Source of the DNA: an uncultured virus (IMG/VR IMGVR_UViG_3300027022_000002)
Lineage: Duplodnaviria > Heunggongvirae > Uroviricota > Caudoviricetes
Virus record (IMG/VR): IMGVR_UViG_3300027022_000002
Strand: one strand, 5' to 3'
Length of the DNA stretch: 64,000 bases
Part shown: positions 56,107 to 64,000 of the stretch, piece after piece
Layout: each line of letters opens with the position of its first letter
Numbering within the stretch: the stretch's first letter is position 1
Notes under the pieces: model-generated
Seen by the model: the letters and a program-made list of their open reading frames with translations, nothing else
Told to the model about the DNA's origin: nothing
The model's database searches: none
Made by a program: the position numbers and the translations under genes

Positions 56107-56934
56107 TCACTCCCCCGACGCCGTGTCGTCGTCGGGCTCGTCGTCCGGCCGGTCGACGTTGCCGTCGAGGTCGATGATTCCGTTGTCGACGATCAGGGCC
56201 CGCCGCATCTGCTCGGACGACTTCGGCGCGTACTTCTGGACCCGCCGTACGGGGGTCTTCAGCCACATGCCGAGGAAGTTGGTGCGCCAGGCCGAGGTGT
56301 CCTTGGTGCCGTAGCGGGCCTGCAGCTCCAGCGCCTCTTCCAGGTTGCAGTGGGCGACGGCGGTCCGACCGCCGCCGACCAGCGTCGCGTAGCAGTAGGT
56401 GAAGATCACCTCACCGCGTTCCTTCCGAGGCATGGTGATCTTCGGCCTGTGCCAGAACCGGCCGCCGTCGCCAAGGCTGTACTCCCAGTCGTCGGCCGCG
56501 TAGACCGGCTGCGCGACGACCTGCTCGACCTGGCCGGACCGATACATCAACTGGACGTACCCCTCGTAGCCGACGATCAACGTGACTTTGCCCTTGAAGG
56601 GCACCAGCGACGCCTGTTCGGTGCACGGGGCCAGGCCGAGGCGGGCGCATTCCATGAGTGCGCCCAACAGGCTGGCCTGGCTGCATTCCAGCAGCTGCGG
56701 GTTCTTTTGGATGCCGGTCAGGGTGATACGGGCGAACATGTCCCAGGGCAGCACCTCCGGCAGGCACGCCTCAAACTGGGACTGCATCGACCGCAGCAGG
56801 TCCCGGCCGATCGAGCCGACGGTGAGTGCCTTCTCCCCCGGCTTGGTGCCGGGCTTACCGTTGGGCCCGTCTGGGGCGTCGGGCAGCATATTGGCCACCG
56901 CGCGGGCGCGGCTGGTCTGGACGATGTCAGTCAC
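56107..56934 (-). CDS. recT: RecT-family single-strand annealing protein
   Basis: NPQLLECSQASLLGALMECARLGLAP, LVPFKG, IVGYEGY..L..RSG, MWLKT. Confidence 0.95.
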   Translation of the reverse strand: MTDIVQTSRARAVANMLPDAPDGPNGKPGTKPGEKALTVGSIGRDLLRSMQSQFEACLPEVLPWDMFARITLTGIQKNPQLLECSQASLLGALMECARLGLAPCTEQASLVPFKGKVTLIVGYEGYVQLMYRSGQVEQVVAQPVYAADDWEYSLGDGGRFWHRPKITMPRKERGEVIFTYCYATLVGGGRTAVAHCNLEEALELQARYGTKDTSAWRTNFLGMWLKTPVRRVQKYAPKSSEQMRRALIVDNGIIDLDGNVDRPDDEPDDDTASGE

Positions 56935-57952
56935 TGGTGAACTCCTTCGCTACGGTCAGCCGTGGCTGGCCTGGTGCCTTCGCGGTCAGGTACTGCTGGT
57001 AGAGCCCCGGGTGGTCGGCGGCGAACCGCTCCTCGTCGAACGTCTGCTTAGGAGGGGCGGGCACCGACCAGGAGGCGATCTTCTGGTCACCGACGTAGCC
57101 GTAGTGCGGCACCTTGTCGCCGAGGGCCAGGAACAGTGCCCGCAGCTGGTTGCCGTACCGCTCTTTCTGCGTCTCGGCGATCCGGGCGGTGCGGTGCGCG
57201 GACCCGTAGGCGCGGGCCAGGGCGACCGCCTCCGGTGGCAACTCACCCTTGCTCTTGGCCTTCACCGGCGGCCGGGCTGCGGTGAGCGCTTCGGTCGTCG
57301 ACTCGGCGGCATCGGCGGGCGGCGGTACCTGCGGGATCAGATGGGCCCGGCGGAAGTAGTCGGCGTGCGCGACCAGCTTGCGGGCGAACGCGGGATCGTA
57401 CGGGATCCGGTACTCGCGGTAGTCCCGGCCGCGTAGCAGTACCGCCAGCCAGGCGACGTCGCCGGGCTGCGCCCCGTAGATGTCCATGTACCAGGTGACC
57501 TGGCACAGGTAGGTCGGCGGGACCTGGTCGGTGCCGGGCTCGCCCCACTGGTCCTCGTGGTCGTGGGTGTCGTCTCCCGTCTTGGCCTCGAATATCCGGG
57601 CCGGGCCGCTGCCGTCGGCGTCGCGGATCAGCCCGTCGACGGTGGCCATCTGCCACGGCCGGTCAGGGTGGCACACCAGGCCGGGGCCGGCGGTGACCAG
57701 CAGTTCGGGGTGCTCGTCGGCGAACTTCTCCCGGACGGGGGTCTCGAGCCGGTTGCCCCACTCCATCGCCGCGTTCATCTCATCGCCGGGAATGATTCCC
57801 AGCTTCTGGTAGAAGAGTTTGGTTGGCGAGGTGTAGCGGTTGAGGCCGACGATCGCGCCGACGTCGGATCCGCCGATGCCGCCGGTCCGGGCGGCCAACC
57901 ATTCGTCGCGGCCTGCGGTGGCCGGTAGCAGCAGCGTCGGCTCACGTCGCAT
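56927..57952 (-). CDS. YqaJ-like viral recombinase exonuclease
   Basis: WL.AR..GIGGSD, WG.RLE, ATVDG, EAKT, Y..QV.WYM. Confidence 0.95.
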   Translation of the reverse strand: MRREPTLLLPATAGRDEWLAARTGGIGGSDVGAIVGLNRYTSPTKLFYQKLGIIPGDEMNAAMEWGNRLETPVREKFADEHPELLVTAGPGLVCHPDRPWQMATVDGLIRDADGSGPARIFEAKTGDDTHDHEDQWGEPGTDQVPPTYLCQVTWYMDIYGAQPGDVAWLAVLLRGRDYREYRIPYDPAFARKLVAHADYFRRAHLIPQVPPPADAAESTTEALTAARPPVKAKSKGELPPEAVALARAYGSAHRTARIAETQKERYGNQLRALFLALGDKVPHYGYVGDQKIASWSVPAPPKQTFDEERFAADHPGLYQQYLTAKAPGQPRLTVAKEFTSD

Positions 57953-58171
57953 ATCGCCCATTCGGCCCATCACCCCCCGTACGAACGTTCTTTTCCTGAG
58001 TGGACTTGCTCGGCCGGTCCCGCTGCCAGCTGAGCGCGCACCCTGGTACGGTCGTACGCGCATGGGGCGTCTTCGCGGGTGCCTATGCGTGTGTGGTGGC
58101 GCTCTGCGCCGCTGGAGGCGTTCCCGCCCGGAGCCAGCGAACTCCGGGGGTACCGGGGACGCCTCCTCTCG

Positions 58172-58630
58172 TTACCGCCGTCGCCGCCCGACCGGGCCGG
58201 TCGGCTTCGGGTTGATCCTGGTTTTCCCGTCGTGGCGAGACAGCCGCTCGAAGCGGATGCCCCACTCGACTAACGTCCGCAGGTGCCACACCGGCTGCGC
58301 CCGGGGTCCGATGCCCTTCGTGTAGGCGCGTTCCGGCAGATCGGACGGCCACGCCTGCCCGTAGTCGCGGATGTGTTCCCGCCGGGCCTTCGCTAAGACC
58401 TGGACCGATTGGGTCTTCCGGCCCCCGAGCGCGGCACCGGCGGCCTCGTAGCCGACAACCAGGGTGTCATCGGCTACGAGCTGGTCAAGGGACGAGCGTG
58501 CGATGTGCTCGGCCAGCTGCCCCGGGGTGAGCTGCGGCAGATGCGCAGGCGGCTGCTCGCTGCCCGGGGGCGAGTCGGCCAGGTCGTCGGCGTTCCGCGC
58601 CCCGGGCCGCTCCAGCGTCGGCGCGGTCAT
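58172..58630 (-). CDS. Putative DNA-binding regulator
   Basis: VVGYEAAGAALG...DLPE...PVWHLRTLVEW resembles an AlpA/MerR-like actinophage regulator; AGGAGG RBS. Confidence 0.55.
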   Translation of the reverse strand: MTAPTLERPGARNADDLADSPPGSEQPPAHLPQLTPGQLAEHIARSSLDQLVADDTLVVGYEAAGAALGGRKTQSVQVLAKARREHIRDYGQAWPSDLPERAYTKGIGPRAQPVWHLRTLVEWGIRFERLSRHDGKTRINPKPTGPVGRRRR

Positions 58631-58792
58631 GGGATCCTCCTTCTTCCGTCTCTTCGCGGACATCGTCGCCACCTCTCGTTTGCGTTGAGCCTTCCCGGAG
58701 GTGACGGTAAAGCTTCGGCGTTAACGCCCGGCGTGCCACCCGCCGGACTGTGGTACTCACTTCACTTCAATCTGCTACTCAACGCAAGGTCC

Positions 58793-58826
58793 ACCCTACA
58801 CGACTGCCAGCATAGAATCAATGCAA
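58793..58826 (-). promoter_or_regulatory. Promoter with shared operator half-site
   Basis: TTGCA-TTGATT-N17-TAGGGT; additional TTGCGTTGA sites near 58680 (+) and 58780 (-). Confidence 0.6.
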
Positions 58827-59258
58827 CCGCCATCCGGCGTGCCGGTAGAACACCCCCACCGGATCCAGCAGCACCAGCCGACCAGACGACAACTCCACCG
58901 GCACCCCCGCCGCGTCCACCGCCTGCTCCACCAGCAGCCCACGACGGCGGGCCTCCGCACGCTCCGACTCCACCCAGCCGTGACAGCCCCGCGTGCCGTC
59001 CCCACACACGACCAACAGGTGGTGCAGCTCGTGCACGTCCACCCGGGACGTGCCACCCATCCCCTGCGGCTTGCGGTGGTGCACCGACACCAGCAGCCCC
59101 GGCCTGCCCAGCCAGCCATCCGGGGCAGCCAGACACCGAGACGACCGCACCTCACACAGCTCGCCGGACCGGGTGAACAGCAGCAACCGCAGCTGCTCCC
59201 ACGCCACCGCACCGAGGTGATTGTCCGCCGGCCGCCGCTGAATCCCCGCCCGCTTCAC
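58818..59258 (-). CDS. HNH endonuclease-like protein
   Basis: CEV...C, HHRKPQGMGG, LL.VCG.GT.GCHGWVE. Confidence 0.8.
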   Translation of the reverse strand: MKRAGIQRRPADNHLGAVAWEQLRLLLFTRSGELCEVRSSRCLAAPDGWLGRPGLLVSVHHRKPQGMGGTSRVDVHELHHLLVVCGDGTRGCHGWVESERAEARRRGLLVEQAVDAAGVPVELSSGRLVLLDPVGVFYRHAGWRLH

Positions 59259-60196
59259 CCGGCCACCTCGAACAACGCCAGCTGCCCCGCCCCCGCCGAC
59301 GCGACCGCGGCCTCACCGGCCGATTCCTGCGCGGCCAACGCCTCACCGCGCCACACCTGCGCGTACCGGAAGCAGTTCCGGCAGTCCCCGCGACCACCGG
59401 ACCTGGTCGGATGCTCACAGCCGGGCAGCAGCAGCCGTTCCCGCCGGGCGGTCGCCGACCACGCCTGACTGTCGGCGGACGCCAGCAGATGCCCGCACAG
59501 CCGCAGCGCGTTGATGCTGACGCCGAACCCGTGGAGCCGCATCCCCAGCCCCAGGCCGGCGATGGTGCCGACGACCCGGGCCACGTCGCGCTGCGCGCCG
59601 CGCCGGCACACCGACCCGACCCCGACCCGCTCGCCCGCCAGGTCGACCCCCGCCGCCCGGTACGCCTCGACGTGCCGTACGTAGTCGTCGGGTGTCCAGC
59701 CCTGCAGCGTCGGCAGCCACGGGATGAACGGGAACTCTTCGGCCAGGTAGCAGAAGTTCTCCGTGGTCAGCTCCTGGTGGTCGCGGACCGTCATGCCGGT
59801 CGCCGCGAGCACCTGCGGTTCGCAGGGCCAGTCCTGGACGCCGACGAAGTCGGGCCCCAGCTCCCGCGAGTCGTGCCCGACCGCCTCGACGAAGTCGACC
59901 CACATCGACCCGTAGTCGTCGGGCCAGCGCCGCCACGGATGGTCCCGGCGGCCGTTGCCGAGCATCAGCGCCGCGTACGCGCCTGAGTCGCCGGCCCACC
60001 GGGTGCCGAACGTCTGCACCGGCCAGTCGTGGCCCTGCCCTTGGTACTCGGTCTTGTACCGGGCGGCGAGGGTGGTCGCCGAGATGAACAGCGGCACCCG
60101 CGAATCCGCTAGGTGGTTCGGGTGGCCGACCCCGAGGTAGAAGTCGAACCGGTACGGCCGAACCGGCGGTGGCGGCGGCCAGGCGGCGGCGCTCAC
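59255..60196 (-). CDS. Queuine tRNA-guanine transglycosylase-like (DpdA-like) base-exchange enzyme
   Basis: FYLG, DSGAY, QDWPCEP, PTLQG, GVGSVCRR, LHGFGV and SADSQAW motifs of the TGT/DpdA fold. Confidence 0.8.
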   Translation of the reverse strand: MSAAAWPPPPPVRPYRFDFYLGVGHPNHLADSRVPLFISATTLAARYKTEYQGQGHDWPVQTFGTRWAGDSGAYAALMLGNGRRDHPWRRWPDDYGSMWVDFVEAVGHDSRELGPDFVGVQDWPCEPQVLAATGMTVRDHQELTTENFCYLAEEFPFIPWLPTLQGWTPDDYVRHVEAYRAAGVDLAGERVGVGSVCRRGAQRDVARVVGTIAGLGLGMRLHGFGVSINALRLCGHLLASADSQAWSATARRERLLLPGCEHPTRSGGRGDCRNCFRYAQVWRGEALAAQESAGEAAVASAGAGQLALFEVAG

Positions 60197-61119
60197 AGCT
60201 CCCACCACAGTTCGATCCCCGCTTCCTCGCAGACCGACCGCATCGAGTTCCGCTGCTGGAAGTCGTGCCCGATCTCGAACTCAACCGCCGCGTACGCGCG
60301 GGCCCGATCCGGCATCAGCCGGGCAGCGGTGACCAGATCGGCGCGGCGGGCGAGGACACAGAACGTGCATGAGAATCGGCTCATGCCCGCGTCGTACGGC
60401 CACGCGTAGGGGACTCCCGACTCCCTAATGTCGGCCCACACCCGGTCGTCGGACCAGGTGTGAATGGGTAGCCACTGCCAGACTTCCCGGGCCGGCACCG
60501 CCCGGGTCTTCCCAGCCCGGGAAGCGCGTTCGTCACGGGCGTACGCGGGCTTCACCGCCCGCGACCTGGACTCAGCGGCCCGGAACCCCATCACCGTCAA
60601 CACGCGGGCCGGGTGCCCCGCCGGCAGCCCGAGTTCGAGTACCAGCGCGTTCAGCACCTGGTCGCCCACCGACCGCTTATGGTCCGAAGTGCACCACCGG
60701 TTCCGGGCGTCAGGCCAGCGGTGACGCCCGTCCTTCCCCGTCCGGGTGCGGACGTCTTCGAGTAGGTTCGGCCGGGCGGCGCTGCGGGCGACGACCCGCA
60801 GCCCGTAGTGCGCGGCCTGCAACTCGACCAGGGCCTTCGACCCGGGCCGGTCGCCGTACCGCTCGACCAAGTGAGGGCCGATCGCAGCTGTCCCCGGCCA
60901 CGTGACGGACTCTTCGCCAAGCTCGTCGTACTCGACGACCAGCCGGGCCAGAGGAACCCCCTGCGCGCGGGCCTGCCGCACGGTCTCCCGCAGCGCGGTC
61001 TGTGAATCCTTGCCACCGGACGACCTGATCACGATCAGGTCGAAGCCGGCCAGGTCGGGCACCTCGACGTCGGCGGCCGGCAGGAGGTCGAACATCGGCA
61101 ACTGCTCCGGGCCGCTCAC
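60193..61119 (-). CDS. PAPS-reductase-family (PP-loop, Fe-S) protein
   Basis: SSGGKDSQ, RWCTSDHKR, GFRAAES..RA, LPIH.W, SRFSCTFC. Confidence 0.85.
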   Translation of the reverse strand: MSGPEQLPMFDLLPAADVEVPDLAGFDLIVIRSSGGKDSQTALRETVRQARAQGVPLARLVVEYDELGEESVTWPGTAAIGPHLVERYGDRPGSKALVELQAAHYGLRVVARSAARPNLLEDVRTRTGKDGRHRWPDARNRWCTSDHKRSVGDQVLNALVLELGLPAGHPARVLTVMGFRAAESRSRAVKPAYARDERASRAGKTRAVPAREVWQWLPIHTWSDDRVWADIRESGVPYAWPYDAGMSRFSCTFCVLARRADLVTAARLMPDRARAYAAVEFEIGHDFQQRNSMRSVCEEAGIELWWEL

Positions 61120-61592
61120 TGGTCCGGCTCCTGGTTCGACCGGGCGACGGCTGCCTGCGCGGCCTGCCTGCGGGTGTCGAACGCCCGCCCCGGCACGTCC
61201 GGGTGGGTGTAGAAGAAGCTGCCGACCTCGCGCCGCTGCTGCCGGCCGAGCCGCCGCGAAGCGGCCCGGTCAGCGCGCTGCTCGGCGGTGAACTTCTGGA
61301 AGTACCGCACGACCCGCCGCGCCTCGACGTTCACCACCGACGGGCCCGGCGGCGTGCGATTCAGCCGATCGGCGGCCTTCTGCGCGGCCTCGTAGCTGGC
61401 ATAGCGCACCAGCAGCCCCGACCTCGTGTCGTGGTGCTCCGTCTTGCCCGTCTCGGCGTTGGTTCGCCACAGGAACCACCGCCGCTTGCCGGCCCCGTTG
61501 CTGCCGGGGTACCAGCGGCCCGGCGTCGACCCCCAGTAGTCCCGGCGGGCCGGCTCGACGTCGACGATCGGCATCTGCCCCGACGCGTTCAC
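61116..61592 (-). CDS. Hypothetical protein
   Basis: GTGA-coupled ORF. Confidence 0.55.
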   Translation of the reverse strand: MNASGQMPIVDVEPARRDYWGSTPGRWYPGSNGAGKRRWFLWRTNAETGKTEHHDTRSGLLVRYASYEAAQKAADRLNRTPPGPSVVNVEARRVVRYFQKFTAEQRADRAASRRLGRQQRREVGSFFYTHPDVPGRAFDTRRQAAQAAVARSNQEPDQ

Positions 61593-61984
61593 AGGTACTC
61601 CCCGGGGTCGACGGTGACGATCGCCGGGGCGCGGTCGCCCGGGTCGTGCTCGGCGGCAAGTCCTTCCCACACGAACAGGTCGCGGGGGGTCGGCGGGTCT
61701 ACCAGGTCGATCGACTCGCGGTCGGTCTCCCAGCCGTTGATCTCGAAGCAGCGGACCGCGCGACGCAACGCTGAGGCCAGATCGGCGACAGGGCTGCGCT
61801 GGACAGTTTCGGCGAGCGCTACCAGGTCGCGGGCGAACAGCTTCGTGCCGCATACCTCGTCGACCACGCCGTCACCGAACGCCGTGACGTAGGTGAGCAC
61901 CCGGGCGGCTGCGCTGCCCGGGTCGGGCAGGTCGCTGGTGTCGTACTCGACGCCGGGCGGCTGGTCGGGGTCCTGGTCGATCAT
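61589..61984 (-). CDS. Hypothetical protein
   Basis: AAGGAGGAG RBS. Confidence 0.6.
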   Translation of the reverse strand: MIDQDPDQPPGVEYDTSDLPDPGSAAARVLTYVTAFGDGVVDEVCGTKLFARDLVALAETVQRSPVADLASALRRAVRCFEINGWETDRESIDLVDPPTPRDLFVWEGLAAEHDPGDRAPAIVTVDPGEYL

Positions 61985-62550
61985 GGCGTCTCTCCTCCTT
62001 CGCGGGGACCGGGGCAGTCCGGGATGGACCCCCCGACAGGTGCGTTCGATCCGTCTTGCCGGCCTTCCGGGGCGGGCTGCGGCCAGGTCCACGTCTGGTA
62101 CCAGCGGCCCCGGTCGCCCCGGTTGTTGACCACGGCGACGCCGCACCACACGCAGTGCTTGTGGTGCTCGGCGTCCTTCGCCCACGCGTGCCGGCGGGTA
62201 CGCGGGTTCCAGCGGACGTTGCGGGGCTGCCCACGACGCCCGTACGAGGGTTTCGTCGCCCCGTCGGGAGTCGTCGCCGACGGCAGCGGCGGCGGGGCGG
62301 CCTGCCCGGACCGGTCGGCGACGATCCCCCGCATCCGGTCGACGTCGATGACCGTCGCCCCCTCGGTGACGGCCCATTCCCAGTCGTCTTCGTCGAGCTG
62401 GTAGCACCAGCGCGGCGTGCCGGCGAACCGGAGCCGGTCCGCCGGCACCATCAGGATCTTCGCGAACTCGGCCCCGTCCGCTTCGGTGTCGGCGGTCATG
62501 AACCGGCCGGCGGTGCCGGTGTCGACGATGTAGCGGGCCATCACGGTCAC
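61981..62550 (-). CDS. Hypothetical protein (H...CVWC motif)
   Basis: Coupled ORF in the operon. Confidence 0.55.
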   Translation of the reverse strand: MTVMARYIVDTGTAGRFMTADTEADGAEFAKILMVPADRLRFAGTPRWCYQLDEDDWEWAVTEGATVIDVDRMRGIVADRSGQAAPPPLPSATTPDGATKPSYGRRGQPRNVRWNPRTRRHAWAKDAEHHKHCVWCGVAVVNNRGDRGRWYQTWTWPQPAPEGRQDGSNAPVGGSIPDCPGPREGGETP

Positions 62551-64000
62551 CGCCGGTCGATCCCGGCGAGCACCGACGCGAACCGCAACCCGAAGTAGCG
62601 GGCCGCGTTCACACTGACGGCGTTGCCGACCTGGACGTTGCGCTCACCTTGGTTGCCGGCCAGCTCGTAGCCCGGCGGGAAGTCCTGCGCCAGCGCCTGT
62701 TCCAACCAGGTAACCATGCGGTAGTGCCACAGCATCGGGTCGGCGGGCAGATCCTGCGCTGCGGTGATCAGCGCGGCGGATTCGATCGTGGACACGGCGT
62801 GCAGCGGCACGTTCGGCCCGGATGGCCGGTTGTTCTTCCGGTACGGCACGACGATGCCGTGGTGCCGGGCGGTCGCCACGGTCGTCAACGGCTCGCCGGG
62901 CGACCGCGGCAGCGTGTTCCGGCGGGCGGTGTCGACGAACGCGCCCGGGGTGACGAGGGCTTCCCAGTCGTTCGCCGTACGGGTCCGGAACGGCCGGTCC
63001 GTGCCGGCCGGGCCGGTGTTCCAGCTGCCGCCGTTGGCGTCCAGCCAGGCGGGCGACAGCTTGCCCTCGCGGGCCAGCTTGATTCCCCACGCGACGCGCC
63101 GCATGGTTTCCTGCACGAGCGGCTTCTTCCGGTGCAGGGGGCGTTCGCCGATCAGTGGGCCGACGTGCGACCAGTCGATGATCGACCCGGCCGGCTTCGT
63201 CGCCGGCTCGACCCTGCCGTGCCCTGCGGCCGGGCAGTGATACCAGTACTGCTCCCGGTACTTCCCGACCCGGATGCGCTGCCCCGATGCGGTGGCCTGC
63301 CCGTTCGGGTCCGTCCACACCTGGTGCGACTCGACCATGTCGGCGCAGGTGTTGCACCAGGCCAGCGGGCGCGGCTCAAGGTCGGGGATGTCCGGCAGGT
63401 CCTCCCGGACAAATATGATGTAGATGCGGTTGCGCCACTGCGCGGCCGGGTCGAAGCCCTCACCCGACAGGTGCGCGGACGAGGCGTTGACGATGTGCCG
63501 CCGGTAGCCGAGGATCTTGAAGCCGTCCAGCCACCACGCGAACAGCCGCCAGTCGGTGGCGAACTCGACTACGTTCTCAACGCAGACGACCGGGAAGCGC
63601 CACAGCTCGGCGGCCCGGATCACGTCCTGCGCGGTCGCCCTGGTCCGCTCGAACAGCTCCTCCTCGACCGGGTCGGCGTCAGGGTCGGTCGGCTGCCCGG
63701 TGGCGTCGATCAGCGCGCCCTGGCCGGGCGCGGCCTGCCCCTTACGGGACCTCCCCCCGGCCGGGGACGTCTCGGTGCAGATCACCGACGCCCACAGGAC
63801 GTCAGCCCCTTCGGGCAGGTTCCGCATGTCGTACCAGTTGAGATCCACACACGCGTGGGCCGAACCGGGGAAGTTCCGGGCGTGGGTGGCGATCGCCACC
63901 GACGAGTGGTTCGCCCCGAACAGCAGCTGCCCCCCGGCCTGCGCGAGCCCGGCCGACGACCCGCCGCCCCCGCACAGCAGGTCAATGAACGTGAACGCCG
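62547..64000 (-). CDS. C5 DNA cytosine methyltransferase (5' end beyond window)
   Basis: FIDLLCGGGGSSAG (motif I), WASVICTE (motif IV), VENV (VI), QWRNRIY (VIII), QVGNAV (X). Confidence 0.9.
   Translation of the reverse strand, partial: AFTFIDLLCGGGGSSAGLAQAGGQLLFGANHSSVAIATHARNFPGSAHACVDLNWYDMRNLPEGADVLWASVICTETSPAGGRSRKGQAAPGQGALIDATGQPTDPDADPVEEELFERTRATAQDVIRAAELWRFPVVCVENVVEFATDWRLFAWWLDGFKILGYRRHIVNASSAHLSGEGFDPAAQWRNRIYIIFVREDLPDIPDLEPRPLAWCNTCADMVESHQVWTDPNGQATASGQRIRVGKYREQYWYHCPAAGHGRVEPATKPAGSIIDWSHVGPLIGERPLHRKKPLVQETMRRVAWGIKLAREGKLSPAWLDANGGSWNTGPAGTDRPFRTRTANDWEALVTPGAFVDTARRNTLPRSPGEPLTTVATARHHGIVVPYRKNNRPSGPNVPLHAVSTIESAALITAAQDLPADPMLWHYRMVTWLEQALAQDFPPGYELAGNQGERNVQVGNAVSVNAARYFGLRFASVLAGIDRR

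Larger units (their letters stand above)
1..64000. mobile_element. Actinobacterial (pro)phage carrying an AICE/plasmid-type transfer module
   Basis: Head/packaging operon, replication and recombination genes and a tra module, with no host housekeeping genes. Confidence 0.9.

Noticed and set aside
60193..61119. Dnd phosphorothioation system
   Set aside because: Only a PAPS-reductase-like gene is present; no dndA/B/D/E or ssp genes in the window.
1..64000. attL/attR prophage boundaries
   Set aside because: No host genes or flanking direct repeats were recognised; the element extends beyond both window edges.

Overview
High-GC actinobacterial temperate phage/prophage DNA, probably from a Micromonosporaceae-like host, with no recognisable host housekeeping genes. 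Most genes are on the minus strand. Reading right to left: (1) a DNA-modification cluster (C5 cytosine MTase, PAPS-reductase-like, TGT/DpdA-like, HNH); (2) YqaJ/RecT recombination genes and a replication initiator with internal iterons; (3) accessory cassettes with their own promoters (MazG, small HTH proteins); (4) an actinomycete conjugative-transfer module (TraB/FtsK, TraA-like, Spd-like) beside dense GGTGACC repeat fields; (5) an XRE regulator, an orphan truncated Cas8c-like gene, a tyrosine recombinase and an LPXTG surface protein; (6) a putative late activator and promoter; (7) an antisense cassette with two divergent beta-clamp-like genes; (8) a PP-loop ATPase module with an extra P27-type small terminase; (9) the packaging, head and neck operon (TerS, TerL, portal, DNA MTase, minor capsid, scaffold, major capsid, collagen-like fibre, head-tail joining genes). 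The most notable observations are the stand-alone Cas8c N-terminal fragment, the phage/conjugative-element hybrid architecture, the unusual DNA-modification loci, the tandem clamp paralogues and several element-wide repeated regulatory motifs. All family assignments are by eye from remembered motifs; no database search was run.
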